Source: an uncultured Phycisphaerales bacterium
GTDB taxonomy: Bacteria; Planctomycetota; Phycisphaerae; Tepidisphaerales; Tepidisphaeraceae
DNA length: 64,000 bases
Reading direction: 5' to 3'
Assembly (NCBI GenBank): GCA_963758525.1
Contig: CAVWVQ010000005.1
Span: forward strand, 256,001 to 320,000
Part shown: positions 1-11,096 of the stretch, piece by piece
How positions within the stretch are numbered: position 1 is the stretch's first letter
Layout of the letters: each line of letters begins with the position of its first letter
Notes under the pieces: generated by a model
Database searches by the model: none
The model's input: the letters and a program-made list of their open reading frames with translations, nothing else
Told to the model about the DNA's origin: nothing
Program-made: the position numbers and the translations under genes

Positions 1-2256
1 TTTTGATCCCTTGCAGCCGCGGCATCTTCGCGTGGCCCAGGCGCTGGCGGGCAAACTGACGATACTGCACCTCCTGCACGACGCGCCCGGGCTGCTGATA
101 GACCGCCGAGGACGGATCGAGCGGCGATGCGATCTGCTGAGTATCGAGCCCGAACGTGGATTGCAGCATCTGCTCGACGGAATCCGCAAACGCTGTTGAG
201 CCGCCGGCGGCGTCGATGATCAGCGTGCCGCCGCCAACGACGTACTTTTTGAGATCCTGGCGCTGGGCGTCGGTGAGGTTGAACGCAGCCGTTCCCGTCA
301 GATGCGCAATCGGAGCGGTCAGCTTTCCCTCGCCGATTTTGACGTCTTCCACCTGCAGCGCAATCTTCTCGGTGTTGTGCAAAATCGCCGTCAGCCGGCG
401 CCACCCGCCCGGCTCGGGGTTCCAGTTCCCCCCGTATTCCAACCGCGCGAGTTTGATGGTGCGATCGATCGGCGCGGCGGGATTTTCCGTCACTAGATAA
501 GTCTTCCCCTTGCGTTCCAACCCGGACGTATCCCTGGCATAGAGAACAATGTCGGCCAGCAATTGGAATGACTCCGGATGCAGTGCATCATTGTGGTGCT
601 GGAACGCCCGGGACAAATCCTCTTCGGGCAGCAGCATCAGCTCGCGCACGCCGTTGCTAAGTCCAAGGACCCGGGCAGGACGCTGGAACTTCGCCGCGTG
701 GTATTGCTCGTTGGCGCAGATGGGGTGCGTTGGGGGGAGTTCGCGAAATTCGTAGGGGAACAGATCGCTGCCGAGCTTGAGGAAACTGTCGGTGAATTCC
801 TTCTTATCACAGTCGGCGTTGCCGAGGATCATTCCGCCATCTTCGACAAATCGCCGGAGCTTGGCGCGTTCCGGCTCAGAGAAACTGAGCGGCTTGCCGC
901 CTTCGATGACCAGGATCGGGGCATCGTGCAGCGCCGCGGCGGGAGAGGAGAAATTCACCACCTGCCAGTTGAAGCGGGTCTCCAGACGATGGCCCATCCA
1001 GTCGACGAAGTTGAGCAGATCCTGCGGCCGTTGGTTCCACTGCTCGACCGCGGGTTTCCCCGCCTCGGCAGGCGTCGGGTATTGGAGCTTGTCGAAAAGG
1101 ACCGGGGCGTCCCGTAGGCGAGGAACAGGAGGCAGAATGGCGTCCCCGCGGCGCCGGTATCATCCCAACCCCCATTGGGCTGTTGCGCGGCCACGAGGTA
1201 GTCGGCGCCTTCCTCAAACCAGTCGACTTTTCCGAAATATCGCAGCCCGCTGGCCACGCCCACCCGCGAGATGGCAAACAGGGCATATCCCTCGTGGTGC
1301 TGTTTATAAAATTCGTGGCTGACTTCGAAGGTGTCGGCGAAATTTTTCGCCAGCCAATTCAGTCCGTTGTCGATGTGCGGATCGTCGGCGTCTCCCTTGC
1401 ATTCGCTGGCCGTATTCAGAAAACTCTGGGTGATGAAGAGCGTTGCCACCCCGGCGGCGGTCATGGACGCAGTACGCAGCCCGAGATTGGCCGCCGATCC
1501 GTTGAACATATACGACCAGGCGCCGTCTGCATATTGATGCTTCTGCCAGGCCTGCTCGGTCAGGAGCCAGAACTTCTCCGGAACCTCGTAGCCAAGGGGA
1601 ACCATCACGCTCAGACCCAGCGCCCCCATCTGGCTGACGCTGTGATCGTATTTGTCTTCGGTCTTGTCGTCCCCCCCCGGCTTAAAGGGAGAATAGTACA
1701 TCAGCCCGTCGGCCTCTCCCTTCGACCTGACCGCGCTGATGAGTAAATCGACATCCTTCTGCCCCGCGGCGCGCACCGCGGGCGTTTGCGTCAGACGGCT
1801 CCAGACGAGGCAGCGGCAGCAGGAGGCGTAGACGCCTTGCGAGGGATGGGCCATCAGAAAGCTGATCGCCGCCGAGATGTGTTTGTCCCCCGCGGGTTCG
1901 CCCGCGGAGATCAGCGCGTACACCGTCAGCGCGGTCAGCCCTGTCCATTGCTGTCCGTTGTAGCCGGACTTCGGATTCGCCGGATCTCTCGCCTGCGCCA
2001 CCTCCCAATTACCGTTTCCGTTCTGCGAGTAGAGAAACTCGATCGCCTTTTTCATCGCCGCATCGATTCGCTCGGCCCGGACCTCACTCGGCAACTTTAC
2101 AACGGCGACAGGTTTGGAGGGCTCAGGTTTCCTGGCTGCGGGCTTGGATGGCTTTGCCGCTGCCGCAGGCCTGCTCACGTTGATCGCGAGGACTCCAACC
2201 AGACAAATCAAGGGGACGTAGAAGGCAGGCACGGAGGGGCGGAGGGACGGAGGCAT
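1..2256 (-). CDS. Secreted prenyltransferase/squalene-cyclase-repeat protein fused to tandem DUF4159-like domains (partial at window edge; frameshift ~1110)
   Basis: ORF 955..2331 has a signal-like N-terminus and QW-like repeats (SQNGNGNW, HQYADGAWSY, AQQPNGGW). After ~1110 another frame reads APVLFDKLQY...WNQRPQDLLN...LRRFVEDGGMILGNADC...LKKYVVGGGTLIIDAAGG open to base 1, as in planctomycete DUF4159 fusions. Confidence 0.7.
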
Positions 2257-2374
2257 TTGATTCCCCAGAGTAGCGTTCTCCCTGTCGAGTGCAGTGCAAT
2301 TTTGCGCCAAAGAAATCAGGAAACCCGCCAAGCCAAGCCTTGATCGAACCGGTGGCCCGGCAAGCGATCGTCAT

Positions 2375-3526
2375 TCAGATCGCCCGCATGCGCAGGCGAT
2401 ACTTCAGCGGCGTGAGTCCGGTCGCTTGCTTGATGACATACGCCAAATACATCGGCGAGCCGAAGCCGCTCGCCTGCGCGACTTTCGGAATGGGCATCGA
2501 CGTTTCCGCCAGCAACTGCGTCGCCCGGGCCAGACGAACGCGGCGGATCTCCGCGGCGGGGCTGCGGCCGAGCCAATCATGGAACTTGCGCTCCAGCGAC
2601 CGGCGGGCGATGCCCACGTCACAGGCAACATCATCAACCTGGATCGGCTCGGGGGCGTGCTGCTGAATGTAGCGAACCGCGGCTTCCAGTTCGGCGTCCT
2701 CCACGCCGAGCACATCGCTGGATTGGCGGGTGATCACGTGCGTCGGCTTGATCAGCACCGGCTCCTGGGGCGTCTTCTCCCCGTCCATGATTCGGCCCAG
2801 CGTCGCCGCCGCCTCGATGCCCAATTGCTCCAACGGGATATGAATGCCAGACAGTGGAGGCGTCGTGATTTCGTAGAGAAGCTCGTCATCGTCCCCGCTC
2901 AGGACGGCAACCTCTTCAGGCACTCGCAGTCTTGCCCACGCGCATGCGTTCAACACAGCCAGCCCCTGTTGTGCCCACGTGAGGACCGCCACCGGTTTGG
3001 GCAGTTGCGCGAGCCACGCGGAAAGTTGCGACTGCTGTTGTTTCCAGCCGTGCGAGGAGCTGTTCCGGGAGCCAAGAGGAAACAATTCGCAGGGGCGTCC
3101 CTTCGTCCCCTCTGCGTAGGCGGTGTATTGCCGATGAACGTGGGCGAACCTGACCCAGCCGCAATATGCAAAGTGACGAAAACCGCGATCGACGAAATAC
3201 TCCGCGGCCATCGTTCCCGTCGCGCGGTGGTCGATGGTCACGCGCGGAAGCGTCACCCCTTCAAATTCGATGCCGGACACATTGACGATCGGAACCCGCA
3301 GCCGGCGCAGCTGCGCCGCCATGGCCGCTGAAGAAACGCGGGCGATGATCCCCTCACCGGTCCAGTTGTGCGGCGGGCGCAGCGCCTCGCTCTGCCCATG
3401 CGGCTCGACCCGAAGATGCCAGCCGTGCAGCCGTGCGTGGCGGGTGACGCCTCGCACCAGCCCCCGGCCCCAGCCGGTGGAAGTATCCACCAGCACCACC
3501 ACGCGCGGTCGGTTCAACCCCGTCAA
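2375..3526 (-). CDS. XylR-type AraC transcriptional regulator (periplasmic-binding-like domain + AraC HTH)
   Basis: N-terminal VVVLVDTSTGWGRGLVRG, central PPLSGI, C-terminal RRSLERKF...EIRRVRLARATQLL...VAQASGF. Confidence 0.9.
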   Translation of the reverse strand: MTGLNRPRVVVLVDTSTGWGRGLVRGVTRHARLHGWHLRVEPHGQSEALRPPHNWTGEGIIARVSSAAMAAQLRRLRVPIVNVSGIEFEGVTLPRVTIDHRATGTMAAEYFVDRGFRHFAYCGWVRFAHVHRQYTAYAEGTKGRPCELFPLGSRNSSSHGWKQQQSQLSAWLAQLPKPVAVLTWAQQGLAVLNACAWARLRVPEEVAVLSGDDDELLYEITTPPLSGIHIPLEQLGIEAAATLGRIMDGEKTPQEPVLIKPTHVITRQSSDVLGVEDAELEAAVRYIQQHAPEPIQVDDVACDVGIARRSLERKFHDWLGRSPAAEIRRVRLARATQLLAETSMPIPKVAQASGFGSPMYLAYVIKQATGLTPLKYRLRMRAI

Positions 3527-3544
3527 ACTAGGATCCTTCCCAAG

Positions 3545-5065
3545 TCAGTGAACATCGTCTCTCCCTCTCGCCGACGAATTCGTCGATGCCTCGGGAGTGA
3601 TAGGCCAGCCCAGCGAAACGAGAAAGGCGTCCGAATCCGCAAGGATTTGCTGACGGTAGGGCGAGTCTCCTTTACGGTATTCGTAGATCGGGTGACCTCG
3701 TCCTTCGAAGAGCTTCAGGTCACAACGTACTCCTGCGCCGGCCATGCGAGACTGATATTCTTTGATCGTCTTCACTGGGATGCAGGAATCTTGCGTTCCA
3801 AGGAATATCAGTGTGGGGGGCGTAGTTGAGGTAATATTGTGCAGGGGCGAAAACTCCCGATAACGCGCCTTGACCCGGACGTCCCCGTAGCCATCCGGGC
3901 CGTTGTCGATCACTGGATACCAGAGTATTTCGGCGCTTGGCTTCGAACTAATCGCCGAATCCTCGGCGGGATCGTCCAGGCCAGGGAGCGTGCCCGCGGC
4001 GGCGGCAACCTGCCCTCCGGCCGATGCGCCCGCGGCCACAATCCTGTTGGGATCAACGCCCAGTTGCCGCGCATGCTGGCGTATCCATCGAATCGCGGAT
4101 TTGCCATCGGTCACGCTGTCGAAGGGCGTGCTGTGATCTTTGGATTCAATTCGATAATCGGCACTGATTGCCACCATTCCCATCGCGGCGAAGTGCGCAC
4201 ATTCCGGATAGAACTGCAGCGGCGTCCCGGCCTTCCACGCCCCGCCGAAGAAGAAGACAATCGCCGGGCGGGGCTTGGCTGCATTGGGTCCGGCGGAGTC
4301 GAAGATGTGCAGCTTCAGATCGCGCCCGTCTGTCTTCTTGTACGTCACAAGGCGCGGCTCATACGAGCAGGTTGGTTTCTCAAGCACCTGTTGCAACGCC
4401 GCGAACCAGCAGCTCGCCATCTTTTCCGCACCCGCCGCGTTGGGATGAACTCGGTCCGCGACTGTGTCTGTCGCCGGATCAAAATCCTTGGCCTGATCGA
4501 CGAGCACGACGCGCTGCTGTGGCGTGTCGAGTCGTTGAGCCAGTTGTGCCAGCGCGTCATTGAGGGCGGGTATGTAGGCGTACTTGGGAAGCTCCCCGCT
4601 GTGAATCACTTGCGCCAGCAAAATGATCACGCGCGGATTGGTCCTGCGAAACGATCGGATCATCGATTCGGTGGCACTGACAATTGCCTGGACCGGTTGT
4701 TCTTCGACACTGTGGTTGTGGCCCGCATGAATCAAAACGATGTCCGCCGGGTGATCGCGAAACGATTTGGCCGCCGCTGGGGCGATGAACTCGGCATTTT
4801 TCCCCGGATAACCTTCATGAAGCAGCGTGCCGATGCGCGACTCCCCCTTTTGCGATCCGACGTATGCGATGAGGTAGCCGGCGGTGTAAAGTTTCTCCCA
4901 GAGCGCAAATCTCCAATTGGAAAATGTGGTTCCACCGGCGGTAATTGAATCACCCACCGCCATCACACGGTAGACCTTCTGTGTCGTGGTTCCCGCGGCA
5001 ACGAACGTCCGCGGCACTCCCAGAAGCAGCGCAAGATAGATGCTCAAATGGCGACTGAATCTCAT
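3545..5065 (-). CDS. Secreted bifunctional esterase: SGNH/GDSL domain + alpha/beta hydrolase
   Basis: GDSIT, GHN and DRVHPN SGNH motifs; then FFGGAW, GASAGG nucleophile elbow, GTQD and GH. Signal peptide from MRFSRH. Confidence 0.85.
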   Translation of the reverse strand: MRFSRHLSIYLALLLGVPRTFVAAGTTTQKVYRVMAVGDSITAGGTTFSNWRFALWEKLYTAGYLIAYVGSQKGESRIGTLLHEGYPGKNAEFIAPAAAKSFRDHPADIVLIHAGHNHSVEEQPVQAIVSATESMIRSFRRTNPRVIILLAQVIHSGELPKYAYIPALNDALAQLAQRLDTPQQRVVLVDQAKDFDPATDTVADRVHPNAAGAEKMASCWFAALQQVLEKPTCSYEPRLVTYKKTDGRDLKLHIFDSAGPNAAKPRPAIVFFFGGAWKAGTPLQFYPECAHFAAMGMVAISADYRIESKDHSTPFDSVTDGKSAIRWIRQHARQLGVDPNRIVAAGASAGGQVAAAAGTLPGLDDPAEDSAISSKPSAEILWYPVIDNGPDGYGDVRVKARYREFSPLHNITSTTPPTLIFLGTQDSCIPVKTIKEYQSRMAGAGVRCDLKLFEGRGHPIYEYRKGDSPYRQQILADSDAFLVSLGWPITPEASTNSSARGRDDVH

Positions 5066-5082
5066 GGGATCACCTTGCCGGA

Positions 5083-7366
5083 CTACGACTGGTAACAACG
5101 CACCTCGAACACCGCGGCCGGGACCGAGTCGCTGGGATGTTCGAGTTGAATTGCCAGAAACCGCGTTCTTGCGGCGCTCTGCAAACGCACCGTATTGCGC
5201 GTGCGATGATTCTCAACACAAGCTGCGAGCACCTGGCCGGTGTCGTCGAGAATGCGGTATTTGCGGACGCACATCGGCATGACGTCCTCCGGATGCCCCA
5301 TCAACACGGATTCCATCGGATGGTCATAGTCAGTATCAAAGGTCAGTTCGATCCGGCTGATACTTTGCGGGTGGTCCCACGAAATCGTGAGGTGCGGCCG
5401 GGAATCATTCGGATCGGCCACCCATGCGTTGGGCTGGTTCGTCGGCCGGGCAATTCCGTTCACCACGTTTTGAGGCATAAACAGATCGATCGCGGGCTCG
5501 ATCTTCATCGCCAGGTTGTGCCCGCCGGGACGACGCCGCGGAAGCCAGAACTCAAAGCTCTCCACGCCGATGTCTTCAGGCGGTTGCTGGGTTGCGCTCC
5601 TGGCAACCGCCTTGTTTGCAGCATGCGTGAGCGACAGAACTCCGGTCACACGCAGCGCGCTGGCGCGCACCGTCAACTGCCTGTTGGGACACAAAATCAC
5701 GAACGCGTAGCACGGATGGTCGATGTCCGCGTCAAAATCAATCCACACGGGCTGCTCCTCCCCCGCGCAAGCAGATCGATCGGCGCGACAGCGTCACGTC
5801 CGGCGTATGGTTGTCCGGCTTCGAAGCGATACGCAGCTCGGCCTGCAATTCCGTGGCAAGAGCGACGTCCAGCAGGAAGGACATCCGCGGCAGCTTTCCG
5901 CACGCAACCGGCAGCATCATCGCCAACGCATCAGTCAGAACAATTCTTGAGCCGGAGGGAGGAAGCGCACCCAATTTCAGCTGGCTTGATGCGGAGATTC
6001 GCGCGGATCGGCACAGGTCGTCGGGATCTTCCAGTCGCCGGCCGGGAATGTATTGGCCCATGCGGATCAAATCGCGCTGAAGCGCGCGGATCTGTTGGGC
6101 GCCGGAGATGTCTCGCGGCAGAAGGCCTTTGTTTTTGCATAGCGCCGCCGCCATTCCCACCGCCTGCGCGGCGTGGGCGCATGTCGCCATGACGCGCGAT
6201 GATCCGAATGCCACGTGCGATGCGGAAATAATGCGGCCGGCAAGGAAGAGGTTGCGAATATTCCGCGAATACATGCAGCGATACGGGATTGGGTAGACTC
6301 CCTTTGTATGCCATTGATTGCAGCCCGGCCGCTCGGAGAAGACTCCGTCAGCGGGATGCAGATCGATCGCCCAGCCGCCGAAGGCGACGTCATCCTGGTG
6401 GCGGCGCTGTTCGACCACATCCTGCTGCACCAGCATGTAGTCCCCCTCGAAGCGGCGTGATTCGCGTTTCCCGGGTATCTGTCCGATCCATTCGAGCGTG
6501 AGGTTCTCCGCCTCGGGAAACTTTCCGGAATTCTTAATGTGGTTCCACACCCCGTAAACCACTTTCCACAGCTCCCACTTGATCGTTTCAGTTTCATGCA
6601 CCGTGTCGAGCCGCCCGCCGTACTCGATCCACCAGAGCCGGCAGCCAAATTCCTTCGTGTTGAAGCAGCGGAATCGCGGAATCGTGGTCATGTCCGTCAG
6701 GGCAAAGCTCGGAGGCGTAAACTTCACCGGCTTTCCCGCGTCCTTCGAATAGAAATAGAGCGAGTGGCCCAGCAGCTCGCCATACTCTTTGGACGGGGCG
6801 AATTTCTCTCCAAACTCCTCGCTCGACTCGGCTCCCATGCGGAACGCCGCGCCGGCGAGAAAGCCGACCACGCCGTCCCCGGACGCGTCACAGAAGAGCG
6901 GCGCGCGAACGTCATACATCGTGGAGTTTTGCGAGCAGAATGCGCGGAGAGATTCGATGGTGTCGGCATCGCGCTTGGCCAGTTCACAGACGGCGGTGTT
7001 GAGCAGGAGGGTGATGTTTGGCTCTTTGACGAGCATCTCCAGAAGCAGGGCATCGACGAAAAGCGGATTGCCGTCAGGATTGCGATACATGTTCTCGACG
7101 AGGATTTCGTCGATGACGCCCCCTTCGCGCGCCCAGCGGTTGTTGTTCCCCATGTGCGACGTCGCGCCGAGGATCCACAGCCGGACTTCCGACGACGCGT
7201 TCCCGCCCGGCACCGGGCGATCGTGAACGAGCACCACCTTGATTCCCGCCCGCGCCGCGGTGATGGCGCAGCAAACCCCTGCCATCCCTGCGCCGGCGAT
7301 CGCCAGATCACAATCCAAATGGATGGTTTTGAGCGCGCGTTGATGTTCCCCTGGGGCCACGATCAT
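5083..7366 (-). CDS. FAD-dependent oxidoreductase (FAD_oxidored type), frameshift ~5768
   Basis: GAGMAG Rossmann motif, GGNASSE, DASGDG, GKRESRR, SSRVMATC. C-terminal part continues in ORF 5083..5748 (AGEEQPVWIDFD...FEVRCY). Confidence 0.85.
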
Positions 7367-8684
7367 GGCATTGCCTTAAATCCTTTCAGCGATATCGGAT
7401 TGCGGCCGCTCAGTCCAAACCACAGGATCAGCCAGGCGAGCGGATGGAGTCCGCCGGCCAGCAGGTACCAGGCATTGTAAGAGCCTGATTTCAGCAGGTT
7501 GCCGACAAATTCGTTCATGAAGATCGCACCAAGCGAGCTTCCGGCCGCGACGATGCCAAAGACGGTGGCCAGCGAGCTGGACGGGATCACGTCGACCACG
7601 AGCGCGGTGATGTTGGTCAGCCACGCCAGATGCGCCAGCGCAATCAGCGACGCCAGCGCCAGACTCCATTGCGCCGCGCCACCCAGGCCACCAGTGGTGA
7701 AAGCGGCATCACGACCGCGCACCCCAGCATCGTCATCAATCTTGCGCGTCTGGGTATCTGCCCGCGTCGAATCAGTCTTCCGGCAATGATCCCTCCCAGC
7801 AGGCTCCCGATGCCGCCGGCCAGGAACATTACCCACGTGATTCGGATATCCCCCTGCGAGAAGTGACGCGCGGTCACGAGATACTTCGGATACCAGTTTT
7901 GATAAAAGAACCAGACTGGATCGGACAACATGCGGCCGAAAAGAAGGCACCAGACCGCCGGCTGCGAGAAGGCGTTGAGCCAGCCCATTGCCGGTTCGTC
8001 GCCAGGCAGATCCAACGACATCCTGATTGCCTGGCGCGTCTCAAAGCGCCGCACCATTTCGGTTTTGATCGGGCGATAGAAAATTGCCCAGGGTACGAGC
8101 CAGAGCAGTCCGGCGATGCCTGTCAGCACGAATGCCGAGCGCCACCCGTGTGCGTCGGCGATCCAGATGATCAGCAATGGAGCGACAGTCATCCCCAGCG
8201 GCGTGCCAGACGAGTAGATGCCGATCGCCAGACCGCGCTCCCTGGCGGGAAACCATTCGGCGACCGTCTTCGGCGCCGCGGTCCAGTTACCCGCTTCCCC
8301 CAGGCCAAGCAGAAAGCGAAACATGCCCAGTGAACTGACCGACCTCGCCCAGGCGGTCATGACGTTGGCGATCGACCACCAACCGATAAACAGCGCCATG
8401 CCGAGCCGGGCTCCAAAGCGATCAACGATGAGACCGGAGCCCAACAGGGCGATGGTGTACGCGATCTGGAACGCATTCTGGATCGCGGCGTATGTCTGGT
8501 CGCTGAAGTGGAGGTCATGCTGAATCGTCGGCGCCAGCAAAGCAAACGTATTCTTATCGACGTAGTTCAAGACGCTGGCAAAGAAGAGCAGCCCGACAAT
8601 CAGCCAGCGCGTTGCTGGAAGCGCACCATCGCGGGGAGCTTCGGATTCAATTGGCCGAGGATTTGTCAGGGACTCCGCGATCAC
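7363..8684 (-). CDS. MFS transporter, ExuT/hexuronate-like, frameshift ~7678
   Basis: LNYVDK, RFLLGLGEAGNW, EWFPARERGLA, DPVWFFY; last helices in ORF 7363..7950. Confidence 0.85.
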
Positions 8685-10672
8685 CGGTGCGCCTCATTTG
8701 CGGGATGCACTTCCCGCGAAACGCGCACGTGAGGGGACAACTGCTCAGTTGAATCCGCCACGGCGTACCCCGTGGGCGTCATCAGCGTGACCTCTGTTGT
8801 GCCGGGCCCCGTTTGTGCCAGGATCGACGCTGTCCACGCAGCGTCTCCGGGCTTAAGGTCAGGAACATTCATCTCGCCGCCGTCCCACTTCAGCTTGTAT
8901 CCGCGCAGGCAATAGCTGGGGATTTCATCCGTGCCGCGCGGCTCAATTTTGACGACGCCGTTGACAACAGTCAGTGAATGCACGGGGCTGAACAGCCTGC
9001 GCACCTGCTGGTAGGCCGCCTTGGGATGACGGTCCACATCAACAACACCCCACTCCCGATTCCCTGAAGCAGGAGTACCCCTGTAGTCACTGCGATAATC
9101 GTTGAACGTCCACATCGACACGCCAATCACGTACGGATGGCCCGCGAGCGTAGCCATCGTCTTCTCGAGGCCGGGGATCGTCGCATCGCTGGCGGCGCCG
9201 ATTTGACGCGCGCCAAACTCGGAAAAGAAGATTGGCAGATCCGGCCACTTGGCGTGAAGAATTTCCGCCGCCTTTCCCGGCGCTCCGCCGTAGTAATTGT
9301 GGAGAAGGATTTCGCTGGCTGAGATCGGATCGTTCGCGGGGCCGTAGTCTTTTTGAAGTCCGCTGTTGCTGACATACGTGAGAATCCGGCTCAGGTCGAG
9401 TTCCTTTCGCGTGAAGGAGAGCATCGATCGGACGTAGGCGTCATGGTGGGTCAGCTCGTTGCCCATGCTCCAGCCGATGATGCAGGGATGGTTGTAGTCT
9501 CGTTCGATCATCTCGCGCATCCACTGCCGCGCAAGCGGATCGTCGGGCTTCATATTGGGATCCTCTTTGCCCCAGACCGGGATCTCACAGAAGATCAGCA
9601 TTCCCTTCTCGTCGAGATAGTTCAGGAGGTTTGGCGCCTGCGGGTGGTGCATCAGGCGCGCCAGATCGGCTCCCGCGCATTTCATCAGATCGATGTCGCG
9701 CCGAACCAGTTCATCGGGCTCGGTACTGCCCGTGGTGTTGCTGTCGGCGACGCGATTGAAACCGCACAGGCGCACCTTCTCCCCGTTCAGCAGCAGCGCG
9801 TCTTTGGTCACCTCGATTTTGCGAATTCCGAATAGATCGGTCCTCTCATCGACCACATCCCGCCCGATCGACAGGCTCGACGTCAATGCGTACAGGTTCG
9901 GATGATCAAAATCCCAGAGCCGAACCCGATCCTTCGACATGTTGCAGTGCGCCTGGATGATCTGCTCTGCTTTGGTTGGAATAGTCGCAGTTGCCGAGAG
10001 ATTCGGCTCCGCCGCGCCATCGATTCGGGCCGCAATCGATACCACCAGCGGCTTGTCACTCTGGTTGAGCACCTTCCAGTCCACCGACAAGTTCGCCTGC
10101 CCTTCGGAAAGGATTGGCTCGGCGCGGATATGCTGCCAGAGAAGCCGCGCATCGCCGCTGGCCATGAGCGTCACCTCCCGGCTGATTCCTCCCCAGGACC
10201 ACCACGCCCCGCGGTGGGGGGCGTTATTCGCCTCCACGAGCAGGACATTTGGGCTGTCCCACTTCACGGTGCCAGTGAGATCGAATTCAAATGGCGTGTA
10301 CCCGCCCTGGTGAGAACCAAGCTTCGCGCCGTTCAACCAGACAGTCGCCTCCTGCGAAACCGCACCAAACCGAATGCTGACGTGTTTCCCGCGCCATTCC
10401 GGCGGAGGCGCGAAAGTGCGTCGATACCAGCCGCTCCCTTTGTGCGTGCGATAGGCCGGCAGCGTGTCCCAGTTCCCCGGCACGGTGATCGAATCCCAGC
10501 CTGCATCCGAACCGGCGGCAACGGATGAATCCATCGTGAATTGCCATTGGCCGTTCAGCGATACGAGCGGGCTGCCAGCCGCCTGCGCATCCGCGGAGCC
10601 CGCACAGACTGCATCGATGCAGCAGCATGCCAGGAGAATGAAGCCCCCCAGTTTCAACGATCGGAAGTTCAT
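8681..10672 (-). CDS. Glycoside hydrolase family 2 (beta-galactosidase/beta-glucuronidase-like), secreted
   Basis: SLNGQWQF, HQGGYTPFEFD, FGIRKIE, RDYNHPCIIGWSMGNE (acid/base), FSEFG (nucleophile). Confidence 0.92.
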   Translation of the reverse strand: MNFRSLKLGGFILLACCCIDAVCAGSADAQAAGSPLVSLNGQWQFTMDSSVAAGSDAGWDSITVPGNWDTLPAYRTHKGSGWYRRTFAPPPEWRGKHVSIRFGAVSQEATVWLNGAKLGSHQGGYTPFEFDLTGTVKWDSPNVLLVEANNAPHRGAWWSWGGISREVTLMASGDARLLWQHIRAEPILSEGQANLSVDWKVLNQSDKPLVVSIAARIDGAAEPNLSATATIPTKAEQIIQAHCNMSKDRVRLWDFDHPNLYALTSSLSIGRDVVDERTDLFGIRKIEVTKDALLLNGEKVRLCGFNRVADSNTTGSTEPDELVRRDIDLMKCAGADLARLMHHPQAPNLLNYLDEKGMLIFCEIPVWGKEDPNMKPDDPLARQWMREMIERDYNHPCIIGWSMGNELTHHDAYVRSMLSFTRKELDLSRILTYVSNSGLQKDYGPANDPISASEILLHNYYGGAPGKAAEILHAKWPDLPIFFSEFGARQIGAASDATIPGLEKTMATLAGHPYVIGVSMWTFNDYRSDYRGTPASGNREWGVVDVDRHPKAAYQQVRRLFSPVHSLTVVNGVVKIEPRGTDEIPSYCLRGYKLKWDGGEMNVPDLKPGDAAWTASILAQTGPGTTEVTLMTPTGYAVADSTEQLSPHVRVSREVHPANEAHR

Positions 10673-11096
10673 TGAGTGATCCTGCTATTTCACCCGCTCG
10701 CCCGCGGACATCCGTTTTCGTGCGTTTATAGATAGCAACAGAACCAGCTCGCCGACCTCCAATTTTGCGCAATTATTTTCAGATTTTGCGCCATCGCAAG
10801 CGTCGCCCGACGCAGGGAAATCGCACTGCACATCAAGCTTGTCATTTGCACCGCCTCTGTCCGGTAAAAACACCAGAACGACGTGACAATATCTCAGTCA
10901 TAGATCCGTGTTTGTTGCAAAGGAGGGAATCAGGGATCGGGAGTTTCTTTTTTTTCCGCCGCCGGCTTTCCCTTCGTCACCCCGTCGATGGTGGCGCCAG
11001 GAACTTCTTCAGCCGCGCCGACCCGCTTGCCCCACGCCGACCACTCCCGCGACAGCATTGACCATCGCGGTGATTTTTCATGTCCAATTTTTTTTG

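Noticed and set aside
10780..11081. Possible small secreted-protein remnant between the sulfatase and GH2
   Set aside because: Only short broken frames on the minus strand; no recognisable family.
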